Below are positions 44,777 through 52,926 of a DNA stretch of 52,926 bases, in pieces (within the stretch, counting starts at the first letter, position 1; each line of letters begins with the position of its first letter). The DNA comes from Nitrosopumilaceae archaeon. GTDB taxonomy: Archaea > Thermoproteota > Nitrososphaeria > Nitrososphaerales > Nitrosopumilaceae. The stretch is taken from positions 1 to 52,926 of the forward strand of contig JBOGRG010000096.1 in assembly GCA_050749365.1 (NCBI GenBank), in the 5' to 3' direction. A program made the position numbers and the translations under genes. The notes below the pieces were generated by a model. The model saw only the letters and a program-made list of their open reading frames with translations. It ran no database searches and had not been told where the DNA came from.

Positions 44777-44943
44777 TTCTAGGGTTTATCGACCAAAACT
44801 GAATTTATTAGTCTTGTGCATAAGTTATACTAAGCAAGAACTCATTACTAAGGCAGTTTATTTTAGACTCGCTTTCTCTTATTGAATTGGTGATAAAATT
44901 GGATCAAGCATTGAAATATGACTATTTCTAGTAGAAAATACTA

Positions 44944-45540
44944 TTGACAGTTGCCATTTATCTTGCTCATCTAAACCCTGTCACCAAGGCTCATGTTGAG
45001 ATTATAGAAGAACTGAAAAAAGAAAATCATGTGCGTGTTATGCCTGTGATATTTACCAATAATCAAGGTGAGATCAACAGTAGAAGTTTTCCATTTGGTT
45101 TTGAGTTACGAAGGAAAATGCTTCAAGCAGTCTTTGCCGATTCTATTTCTGTTCTTTCAAATTATACGTTTTATGCGCCTTTTTACAAGTACATGCCACC
45201 TATCATTTCACCATTTTCATGGAAGATAAAAAAACAGATCTTAGATGGTCTCTCAGATGATTATTTCACATATACAGGTGACAGGGTAGAGGGATTTGTG
45301 CTAAAACTTTACGGCCTAAATCCTAAAGTAGGAACAAGAAAGATGGTTTCGGCTTCTTTTGTAAGAGAAAAGATGTTTGAAGCAGCGCGTGGGAAGGATA
45401 CAAATTGGGAAAATTATGTTCCTTCCGAGATAGTGAATATAATACGTGAAAACTGGGACATTGTAAAAAAATACTCAACTGCTGAAGACCTCACATATAG
45501 AATTCTTGGGATGAAGTTTCCAAGCAATGGATTCTGGTAG
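44944..45540 (+). CDS. HIGH-superfamily (cytidylyltransferase-like) nucleotidyltransferase, substrate unknown
   Basis: 198 aa. The N-terminal AHLNPVTKAH resembles a degenerate (H/T)xGH motif, and the C-terminal VSASFVREKM resembles the ISSTxIR motif. TTG start. Confidence 0.4.
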   Translation: MTVAIYLAHLNPVTKAHVEIIEELKKENHVRVMPVIFTNNQGEINSRSFPFGFELRRKMLQAVFADSISVLSNYTFYAPFYKYMPPIISPFSWKIKKQILDGLSDDYFTYTGDRVEGFVLKLYGLNPKVGTRKMVSASFVREKMFEAARGKDTNWENYVPSEIVNIIRENWDIVKKYSTAEDLTYRILGMKFPSNGFW

Positions 45541-45575
45541 AAATAGATTAATTACAGACGAATTCGTTGTTTTAT

Positions 45576-46493
45576 ATGAAATCTTTTCATGCAAAATTTG
45601 TTTGGTTCGATGGTAAATTTGTAAAAGCTGAAGAAGCAAAGGTTTCTGTTATGACCCATGCAATCCATTATGGTACTTCAATCTTTGAAGGTTTACGTGG
45701 TTACTGGAATTCAAAAAATCTTAACATCTTCAGACTTGATGATCACATAAAAAGATTTAGAAATTCGGGCAAGGTGTATTCCATTTCATTGAAATTTACA
45801 GACAAAGATTTTTCAAATGCAATAATTCAACTATGCAAAAAAAACGCAGTAAAAGAATCATGTTACATTAGACCATTTTATTTTGTTGGAGAATATGGAA
45901 TAAACTTGAATATAACAGAACAGACTCCAACCCATGCTGCAATAGTCATGTTTCCATTTGGGGATTTATTTAACAGAAATGGAATAAGAGCAGGTGTCTC
46001 ATCGTGGAGACGAATTCATGACACTTCAACTCCTCCACTTGCCAAGATGGGTGGAAATTATCTCAATTCAATTTTGGCAACACAAGAAGCCAAACGTAAT
46101 GGCTATGATGAGGCAATAATGCTTGATCAGTTAGGAAACATTAGCGAGGCGCCTGGAGAAAATATCTTTCTTGTAAGAAAGAAGAAGATCATAACACCAC
46201 CTACTAGTTCATCTGCACTTGAGGGGATAACAAGAGAGTCAACAATCGAAATAGCACGTAACATTGGATATGAAGTAATAGAGAAAGAAATGCCGCGTAC
46301 CGAGCTTTACCTTGCAGATGAGATTTTCCTTACAGGAACGGCAGCTGAGATTACACCTATCATCAGTGTAGATGGAAAAAAGGTTGGAAATGGAAAGGTT
46401 GGAAATGTAACAAAGCAGATACAGTTTGCTTATTCTGATATTGTGATGGGCAGGAACAAAAAATATTTGCATTGGATAACAGCGGTGTACTAG
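45576..46493 (+). CDS. ilvE: Branched-chain amino acid aminotransferase (fold-type IV)
   Basis: It is near-colinear with E. coli IlvE as I remember it (VMTHAIHYGTSIFEGLRGY, YIRPF, GGNYLNSILA, EAPGENIF, LEGITR, LTGTAAEITPI). ATG 45576 is preferred. Confidence 0.85.
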   Translation: MKSFHAKFVWFDGKFVKAEEAKVSVMTHAIHYGTSIFEGLRGYWNSKNLNIFRLDDHIKRFRNSGKVYSISLKFTDKDFSNAIIQLCKKNAVKESCYIRPFYFVGEYGINLNITEQTPTHAAIVMFPFGDLFNRNGIRAGVSSWRRIHDTSTPPLAKMGGNYLNSILATQEAKRNGYDEAIMLDQLGNISEAPGENIFLVRKKKIITPPTSSSALEGITRESTIEIARNIGYEVIEKEMPRTELYLADEIFLTGTAAEITPIISVDGKKVGNGKVGNVTKQIQFAYSDIVMGRNKKYLHWITAVY

Positions 46494-46494
46494 T

Positions 46495-47430
46495 TTGAAA
46501 GTTGTTCAGATAGGCATAGGCGGATGGGGTAAAAATCATACAAGGATTCTCTCACAACTTGGTGTCCTAAGTGCAGTATGTGACACAGATTCGATGAAAG
46601 CAAAAGATTTTGGAACAAAGTATTCTGTAAATCATTACACTTCTGTTGATTCTCTTTTGAACTCTGAAAAATTCGACGCTGCCTTTGTTTGTACTCCAAC
46701 TTCGACTCACTTTTCCATAGCTACAATGCTATTGCAGCAAAAGAAAAATGTCTTTGTAGAAAAACCTATGACATATCTATCCCATGAAGGAGAAGATCTA
46801 CAAAAACTTGCCAAAAAAAACAAAGTAGTGTTAACATGTGGATATATTGAAAGATTCAATCCTGCAGTAGCCTTAGTAAAAGAATACGTTCAGTCAAAAA
46901 AATATGGCGAGCTTATAATGCTTGAATTTCATCGAGAAAGCAGAATGCCTTTACACATAAAGGATGTGGGGATAATTTATGATACATCGGTACATGACAT
47001 TGATACGGCGATGTGGCTTTTTGATGATACACCAGAAGTCGTATTTGCGAGATCTGGAAAAATAAAACATGAACATGAAGATTTTGCAACTATAATGCTT
47101 GGTTTCAAAGACAACAAAGTAGCTATTATTTCATCAAACTGGATAACACCTACAAGAGTTAGAAGGTTTAGTGCAGTATGTGGTGATGCAATAATATCTT
47201 CAGATTTTATTTCACAAGAAGTAAAAATTGAGACAAACAATGGAACAGACATACCACGAAAAGAAGTGGAAGAACCCTTGCTTTTAGAAATAAAGAACTT
47301 TCTTGCTGCGGCCGAGGGAAAAGAAGAGATATTGGTAAAACCAGAACATGCCGTTAATACAACAAAGATTGCGGAAGCAGCACTTTTATCTAGTCATAAA
47401 GGAACCCCAATTTATCTAGACTTGAAATGA
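46495..47430 (+). CDS. Gfo/Idh/MocA-family NAD(P) oxidoreductase (sugar-nucleotide dehydrogenase-like)
   Basis: 311 aa. It has an N-terminal Rossmann GIGGWG and the EKP motif (VFVEKPM). The TTG start is 1 nt after the ilvE stop. Confidence 0.8.
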   Translation: MKVVQIGIGGWGKNHTRILSQLGVLSAVCDTDSMKAKDFGTKYSVNHYTSVDSLLNSEKFDAAFVCTPTSTHFSIATMLLQQKKNVFVEKPMTYLSHEGEDLQKLAKKNKVVLTCGYIERFNPAVALVKEYVQSKKYGELIMLEFHRESRMPLHIKDVGIIYDTSVHDIDTAMWLFDDTPEVVFARSGKIKHEHEDFATIMLGFKDNKVAIISSNWITPTRVRRFSAVCGDAIISSDFISQEVKIETNNGTDIPRKEVEEPLLLEIKNFLAAAEGKEEILVKPEHAVNTTKIAEAALLSSHKGTPIYLDLK

Positions 47431-47696
47431 ACAAGAAAATGATGGAAATGCTTGCATGTCCTATCGACAAGCATTTTCCTCTTGAAATTTTTGAATTAAA
47501 TTCAAAAGATCAGAATGTATTAGAAGGTGCCATCTATTGCACAAAGTGTTCTAGATTCTATCCCATAATAGAAGAGATTCCTATAATGTTACCCGATGAG
47601 TTAAGAGATAAGAATCAGGATGTAGAATTTTTAAAAAGAAACCAATCCATGTTACCTGAAAAAATAACAAAAAAAGCATCTCCTTGGCATTTGTGA
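47427..47696 (+). CDS. Trm112/UPF0434-like zinc-ribbon protein
   Basis: 89 aa. MLACPIDKHFPLE..YCTKCSRFYPIIEEIPIML. It overlaps both neighbouring genes. Confidence 0.7.
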   Translation: MNKKMMEMLACPIDKHFPLEIFELNSKDQNVLEGAIYCTKCSRFYPIIEEIPIMLPDELRDKNQDVEFLKRNQSMLPEKITKKASPWHL

Positions 47697-48178
47697 TGTC
47701 TGTGGTAACAAATTTTATTTCACAAAAAGCAAAGATAGGAAAAAACGTTAGGATATGGCATTTTTCTTATGTAGGAGACAATACGGAAATAGGTGATAAC
47801 GTAAAAATCGGCTCTCTTACGCATATTGATTATGATGTAAAGATAGGTGAAAATACTATGATTGAAGGAATGGTTTACATTCCACCACTTTCACGCATAG
47901 GAAAAAATGTCTTTATTGGTCCTGCCACTTCTCTAACAAACGATCCATATCCACCAAGCAAAAAGTTGATTGGGGTCACTATAGAGGACGGTGCAGTAAT
48001 AGGCTCACAAGCAGTAATCAAGGCTGGCGTAACCATTGGTAGAAACAGTGTTGTAGCGATGGGAGCTGTAGTAACAAAAGATGTACCTCCTAATACTGTA
48101 GTAGCAGGAGTGCCTGCAAAAATCAAATACTCAAGAGAGGAATACGATAAAAAGAAGAAAAAGTGGGAAAGCAGTTAG
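47696..48178 (+). CDS. Left-handed beta-helix (hexapeptide-repeat) acetyltransferase
   Basis: Repeated [LIV]-G-x-x-x-x hexads (IGKNVRI, IGDNVKIG, IGENTMI, IGRNSVV, ..). ATG 47696 overlaps the Trm112-like stop (TGATG). Confidence 0.8.
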   Translation: MSVVTNFISQKAKIGKNVRIWHFSYVGDNTEIGDNVKIGSLTHIDYDVKIGENTMIEGMVYIPPLSRIGKNVFIGPATSLTNDPYPPSKKLIGVTIEDGAVIGSQAVIKAGVTIGRNSVVAMGAVVTKDVPPNTVVAGVPAKIKYSREEYDKKKKKWESS

Positions 48179-48408
48179 TGTCTGATCTGCTTGTGAAAGA
48201 TCCAGTTCTTTATCTTTGAAAGAATGTAGATCCAAATTACTACCAATATTACTGCAATTATTGCCTTGACTCCAGATGTAAGAAGAGAGTCAATTGTGCC
48301 GTATCCAGTGATTGAGATGGGTGCGGTAAATACTATTAATAGTCCACCTCCTATGACAATCAAAATCCACATTACAAAAATGAATGAAAAAATTTGAACT
48401 TCTTTCAT
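48175..48408 (-). CDS. Small membrane protein
   Basis: 77 aa with 2 TM helices. Its start overlaps the stop of the upstream glycosyltransferase gene. Confidence 0.4.
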   Translation of the reverse strand: MKEVQIFSFIFVMWILIVIGGGLLIVFTAPISITGYGTIDSLLTSGVKAIIAVILVVIWIYILSKIKNWIFHKQIRH

Positions 48409-49400
48409 ATTTTTATGCCTATCATAAACGCAGTAATGATTGCAAGAGTCGCTGAAAAAATAGATAGTCTAAAGATTACAAATCCAATTTGCTTTTCTGT
48501 CATTGGTCCTCCTGCAAGAATCAGTCTTACAAGTGTAACAGGTGTATCCTTATCAGGTATGGCCATAAGTTTGAAGTCCGCTATATGAGTAGTAGGATTT
48601 TTTATCTGTCTATGCTCTATTATACGCTTTACACTAGATAGAAACAAAAATGAATTTATCACAGCAGGTAAGAGTGCTACCGCTGCAATTACTTCCACAT
48701 GTCCAACTATTGCAATTACACCATACGTTGCACCAAGGGTCAAAGCTCCAGAATCACCTGGAAATATTCTACTAGGAAATTTATGGTATTTATAAAATGC
48801 TAAAGATGCAAACCCAAGTGAAAGACTTGCAATGGCGATTTCATAATTTTGTATTACAAAAAGAGATATTGTAAGTGAAAAACTAGCAATTGTCATAAAG
48901 CCACTTGCCACACCATTTAGAACATCGATCGAGTTTATCGTGTTTCCAGTTATTGGTATCATAAAGATTATCAAGGCCAGATATAGTGCAGGAATTTTTA
49001 CAGACCCAAAAAGCGGAAATGCAAGATTTGAATCATATGCACCAAGCAATATAATTGGAATTGCTGTTCCAGCTAGTGCTATAGGCTTGAACCAGCCACC
49101 AAGAGTTTTCCTGTCATCTATTAGTCCCACCACGAATGCAAGTGATGTTGTTACAAGAATGGCTACTATCTCTACCGAAGGAAAAAAAGCATACAATGTA
49201 AGCTCTGATGCTACAATTCCTAGTACGATCGATGGACCACCTGGTCTTGGCACCATCACTTCGCCTGCTTTATTGAAGTCTTTTACTGTAAGATTCTTTC
49301 TTTCTAACACCTTTATTAAAAAAGGAGTGATCACGTAAACTGAAAAAAATGCTATAGCCGAAACTAGTACAGCTAGAATGATTTGATCTAACATCATCAT
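48405..49400 (-). CDS. GT4-family polyprenyl-phosphate HexNAc-1-phosphate transferase (AglH/WecA/MraY-like)
   Basis: 331 aa and polytopic, with GLIDDRKTLG and NSIDVLNG motifs. Confidence 0.8.
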   Translation of the reverse strand: MMMLDQIILAVLVSAIAFFSVYVITPFLIKVLERKNLTVKDFNKAGEVMVPRPGGPSIVLGIVASELTLYAFFPSVEIVAILVTTSLAFVVGLIDDRKTLGGWFKPIALAGTAIPIILLGAYDSNLAFPLFGSVKIPALYLALIIFMIPITGNTINSIDVLNGVASGFMTIASFSLTISLFVIQNYEIAIASLSLGFASLAFYKYHKFPSRIFPGDSGALTLGATYGVIAIVGHVEVIAAVALLPAVINSFLFLSSVKRIIEHRQIKNPTTHIADFKLMAIPDKDTPVTLVRLILAGGPMTEKQIGFVIFRLSIFSATLAIITAFMIGIKI

Positions 49401-51520
49401 CTCTTTTGTAGTTGTGTCTTTATGCTTTCTGCAAGAAACGAGCCTATCTTCTCTATTTTTGCTAGTTTCTCCATTGGGGTTTCAGACAAATCATGAAGAT
49501 TTTTTATGCCGTTTTTGTAGAGTATTCTAGCACGTATTCTGCCTATTCCACGGATCTTTACTAGTTCTATAAGCTCTTCTTTTATTCCATATGATATTCT
49601 TTGCCGTAAAATATCTAGATCATCTAAAAGATCGTCACGAGCCTCTAGTTTAGCAAGCTCATAAAGTGAATATGCAAGCCAGTCACCATTTTCCGCCATC
49701 CTGTGCATATCACCTGATTCTATTCCTAAATTATCTGAAAGAAAGAGCTCAGTTGACTCATTTATCCAAGCATGTATTGCAAGAAGGCTCCTTGAACAAT
49801 CATACTCTGAAACATTTTCAATTAGCTCATCTGCATGATTTTCAAGCAATGTGCCTATTGTTTCATAGTCCTTGTTCCTTAGAGAAAACTTGGGGAAAAA
49901 GTCTTCACAGTTTGTAATAAGATGCAAGAAACCAAGTGTGTGGTTTTTTCGTTTTGAAGTATTTTGTAAAGCCCTTCTAAAGTAAACAGCAGTAAGTGGA
50001 TCTATGTAAAGCATTGAAGTTTTTTTTCCAAACTCCGTTGCTACAAATCTCTCTCCTTTTTCTTTTACCAGTTCTTCTAGCGCAAGATAATCCAACGTAA
50101 TTTGTATTTTAAATTTTATCGTGTGTTTTCGTGTCTGAGAACCTGCAAAAGTTTTAGAAAAAAAATCTATTATTTCATCTTTTTTGATGCCCGGAGTGGT
50201 AGATATTAAGCTCAAGACATGTGTTCGTAGAGCCTTATCATCTGTGAGCTTTGATGTTATTGGCTCAGGTGTGCCATTAATGTATGAGTCTATAAGTTCA
50301 ATGTCAATTGAATTTCTTACAATTATTGCTTCACCAAACGTATCGTATTGTGGTCTACCAGCTCTACCACAAAGCTGTTTGTATTCTAGAATGCTAATGG
50401 GCTTATTTGCACCCATGTTTGCATCATATCTGTTAATACTGGATATGACAACACGTCTTGCTGGTAAATTTACGCCTGCTGCAAGCGTCGGAGTTGCTGC
50501 AAGTAACTTTATCTTTCCATTTCGAAATTCCGTCTCAATTATTTCGCGGCAGTTTTGGTTAAGTCCTGCATGATGAAACGCAACTCCTTTTTTTACAAGA
50601 GTGGCTAGATTTTTAATAAGATCCGTGTGTTCGTTGTCACCAAGAATTTTCTGTGATATTTTATCTAGATGATTTTTTTCTTCGGTTGCAAGACTTTTTC
50701 CTACTATATCTGCACCTTTTGCTGCAAACGAAACAGATCGTGCTCTTGTTTCAGCAAATAAAATTGCTTGGCCACCATTTTTTAGTGAATCTATGCAAAG
50801 ATCTACTGGTGTCCCTCGTATGCTTCTTTGAATTTCAAAGTTTTTCCCATTTTGCATGGTGACTATATCTCCATCACACACTCCCTCCCAAAGTGGTACT
50901 GGTCTCCAGTTACTTTCTACTAAATCGCATCCAAGCCAAGAAGAAATTTTAGCTGCATTTGTTACAGTTGCACTTAATGCAAGTATCTGAGGCTTTTTCT
51001 GTAACAATTTTAATTTTGTAAGTACGATTTCAAGCGTAGGTCCTCTTTCTTGATCCCCTATAAGGTGTACTTCATCTGCTATGACTAGACTTATATCGTC
51101 AATCCATTCTGCACCATGACGAATGATTGAATCCATTTTTTCATTTGTAATTACAATAATGTCACTTTTCTCCAGATTTTTGTCATCTAAATCAAAATCT
51201 CCTGTAGATATTTGCACTCTTATCTTTCTTCCAAAATCTATTGATGTTAATTTTTTAAATTCAGAAAACTTTTCTGATGCAAGTGCTCTGAGCGGGCTAA
51301 GATAAACTATCTTTCCCTTCTTCTTGAGAAGATTATTTATCATGGCTATTATAGCAATAAGCGTCTTGCCGCTTGCAGTTGGTGCAGAAACAAGAATACT
51401 TTTTCCTTCTAGCAGGCCTGCCTTTACACTATCTTCTTGTGGTGGATAAAGATCCGTATAGCCGAGTGCGTGTAGAAATTCAATTGAGGGTTTTGGTAGA
51501 GTGAGTTGTGATACTTTCAT
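49397..51520 (-). CDS. hel308: Hel308/Hjm Ski2-like DNA helicase
   Basis: 707 aa with SAPTASGKT (motif I), DEVH (motif II), SAT and a C-terminal helix-hairpin-helix (IRGIGRIRARILY). Confidence 0.9.
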   Translation of the reverse strand: MKVSQLTLPKPSIEFLHALGYTDLYPPQEDSVKAGLLEGKSILVSAPTASGKTLIAIIAMINNLLKKKGKIVYLSPLRALASEKFSEFKKLTSIDFGRKIRVQISTGDFDLDDKNLEKSDIIVITNEKMDSIIRHGAEWIDDISLVIADEVHLIGDQERGPTLEIVLTKLKLLQKKPQILALSATVTNAAKISSWLGCDLVESNWRPVPLWEGVCDGDIVTMQNGKNFEIQRSIRGTPVDLCIDSLKNGGQAILFAETRARSVSFAAKGADIVGKSLATEEKNHLDKISQKILGDNEHTDLIKNLATLVKKGVAFHHAGLNQNCREIIETEFRNGKIKLLAATPTLAAGVNLPARRVVISSINRYDANMGANKPISILEYKQLCGRAGRPQYDTFGEAIIVRNSIDIELIDSYINGTPEPITSKLTDDKALRTHVLSLISTTPGIKKDEIIDFFSKTFAGSQTRKHTIKFKIQITLDYLALEELVKEKGERFVATEFGKKTSMLYIDPLTAVYFRRALQNTSKRKNHTLGFLHLITNCEDFFPKFSLRNKDYETIGTLLENHADELIENVSEYDCSRSLLAIHAWINESTELFLSDNLGIESGDMHRMAENGDWLAYSLYELAKLEARDDLLDDLDILRQRISYGIKEELIELVKIRGIGRIRARILYKNGIKNLHDLSETPMEKLAKIEKIGSFLAESIKTQLQKR

Positions 51521-52926
51521 ACCCGGTTATAATGACCGGGCTTTGATTCATAAATAGCTGACTCACGCTGCAGTTTTTTGATATATTTACGGGCTTCTTC
51601 TTCTGTAAATTTGCCTGTCTTTACAAGTTCCTTAACGAATGTCTTTTCTTCTACTGGTCTTTTTTCGTCACCTTCAAGAGACTTCATCACATCCATGAAT
51701 AACTGCATCTTGGAAACTTCGCTATGTGGTCTTCCCTGAAGAACACCAAGATCAACTTGACCAGTGTTAACATCGACTCCAGCATCTTCAAGCATACTTT
51801 GGATCAAAAATATGGCTCTCTCAGCATCTTCTGCGTCTACTTGATTTTTCATCAAGAGTCTTGCCCTAGCTGTAGCTAGTCTTACTAATCCTTCAAGCTG
51901 TCTAGGGGTTACCGTTATCATTCCTTCAGATTCGACATTTCTCATTTTCATATAATATTCAAGAATTTTTTCTTCAGCTTCTGGAGTTAGAATAGGTTCT
52001 ATCCTTTTAGCATATGATAAATACTTCGTAAGAATGTCGACGTCTATAAGCGATTTTGTATCTACACCTGAGCTACGATGAAGACTTAGTATGTGCTTTG
52101 CTATTCTGGTGTCTTTTTCTTTTGATGGAATATCTCTTACCACAAAAATCAAATCAAATCTTGTAAGCAGCGGAACTGGAAGGTTTACGTTTTCTGTAAT
52201 ATTTTTGAATGGATCGTATTTTCCATACATTGGGTTCGCTGCGGCTAAAATTGAGGTCCTAGCATTTAGAGTAGCAACGATTCCACCCTTTGCAATACTA
52301 GCAGATTGTTGTTCCATTACTTCATGAAGTGCACTTCTATCTTCTGGTCTCATTTTATCAAATTCGTCGATGCAAACAAGACCTTGATCGCCCAGAACAA
52401 CTGCACCCGCCTCTAACATCATTATTCCAAGCTTATCCCTCACAACAGCTGCAGTAAGTCCAGCAGCGGTAGAACCTCTACCGGAAGTGTATAGTCCTCT
52501 AGGTGCAATTCGTGCACAGAATTTCAACATCTCGCTTTTAGCAGTACCAGGGTCTCCAACAAGAAAGATGTTAATGTCACCACGAATCTTGGCTCCATCT
52601 GCAAGAACTCTTTGGGTTGAACCAACAATCAAAAGAAGGATTGCTTCTTTTATTATATCGTGCCCGTGTATATGCGGTGCAAACGAAGTAATTAGTCTAT
52701 CATAAATGTCCGCATTCTTTACAAGAGATTTGATTATTTTTTCTTCATCTGGTGAAATTTCTTCTCTTTCGGTACTTCGAGAAGCTTTGGTCCCTCTTCC
52801 TCCTAGAAATTCTATGTTGTTTCCTTGTATTCGTAACCTGTAGATTCCGCTTTTACCACGCATTGATGGTATATGTTCTTGTTCAATTCTTACTATTCCT
52901 GTAAGTATCACACGATCTCCCGGTCT
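51517..52926 (-). CDS. mcm: MCM replicative helicase (C-terminal ~470 aa; the 5' end is outside the window)
   Basis: The frame is open to the window edge (..RPGDRVILTGIV..). It has Walker A GDPGTAKS, Walker B CIDEFDKM, the arginine-finger region TRFDLIF and a C-terminal winged helix. Confidence 0.95.
   Translation of the reverse strand, partial: RPGDRVILTGIVRIEQEHIPSMRGKSGIYRLRIQGNNIEFLGGRGTKASRSTEREEISPDEEKIIKSLVKNADIYDRLITSFAPHIHGHDIIKEAILLLIVGSTQRVLADGAKIRGDINIFLVGDPGTAKSEMLKFCARIAPRGLYTSGRGSTAAGLTAAVVRDKLGIMMLEAGAVVLGDQGLVCIDEFDKMRPEDRSALHEVMEQQSASIAKGGIVATLNARTSILAAANPMYGKYDPFKNITENVNLPVPLLTRFDLIFVVRDIPSKEKDTRIAKHILSLHRSSGVDTKSLIDVDILTKYLSYAKRIEPILTPEAEEKILEYYMKMRNVESEGMITVTPRQLEGLVRLATARARLLMKNQVDAEDAERAIFLIQSMLEDAGVDVNTGQVDLGVLQGRPHSEVSKMQLFMDVMKSLEGDEKRPVEEKTFVKELVKTGKFTEEEARKYIKKLQRESAIYESKPGHYNRV

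Noticed and set aside
1-52926. Search for CRISPR arrays, transposases/integrases, prophage or defence islands, and tRNA-flanking att-like duplications
   Set aside because: None seen by eye. tRNA genes are flanked by ordinary housekeeping or small secreted-protein genes, and no repeat-spacer periodicity is present. A computational repeat search would be needed to exclude short direct repeats.

Overview
This is an AT-rich archaeal chromosome segment. Gene content and order look like the core genome of a marine ammonia-oxidising thaumarchaeon (Nitrosopumilus-like). That assignment is an inference from TBP, RFC large subunit, MCM, Hel308, Alba and ABCE1; the biotin carboxylase/BCCP/carboxyltransferase trio of the 3-hydroxypropionate/4-hydroxybutyrate cycle; an 11-gene nuoABCDHIJKMLN cluster without nuoEFG; an sdhACDB operon; and a 5S rRNA not linked to 16S/23S. 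I support about 65 protein-coding genes, one 5S rRNA and six tRNAs. Two tRNAs carry insertions at non-canonical positions. Three small promoter/operator features are also listed. Genes are tightly packed, many with ATGA/TAATG overlaps, and TATA boxes often sit about 25 nt from the start codon, which suggests leaderless mRNAs. I saw no CRISPR array, transposase, integrase or recognisable defence island, and I cannot point to one clear-cut new multi-gene system. The most notable observations are: (1) an in-frame transketolase(N-half)-ribulose-phosphate-epimerase fusion at the left edge; (2) two ORFs below the 60-aa track cutoff, a textbook C2H2 zinc finger and a zinc-ribbon protein with a His/Cys tail; (3) the two intron-bearing tRNAs; (4) a duplicated TATA box in front of the TBP gene; (5) a tandem near-palindromic operator at a PadR gene next to sdh and an ICL-family gene; (6) an rfcL operon containing two uncharacterised proteins, one very Cys-rich; (7) a dehydrogenase/Trm112/acetyltransferase sugar-modification cassette coupled to ilvE and convergent with an MCM-Hel308-glycosyltransferase operon. 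All functional calls come from reading motifs by eye; no database search was run.
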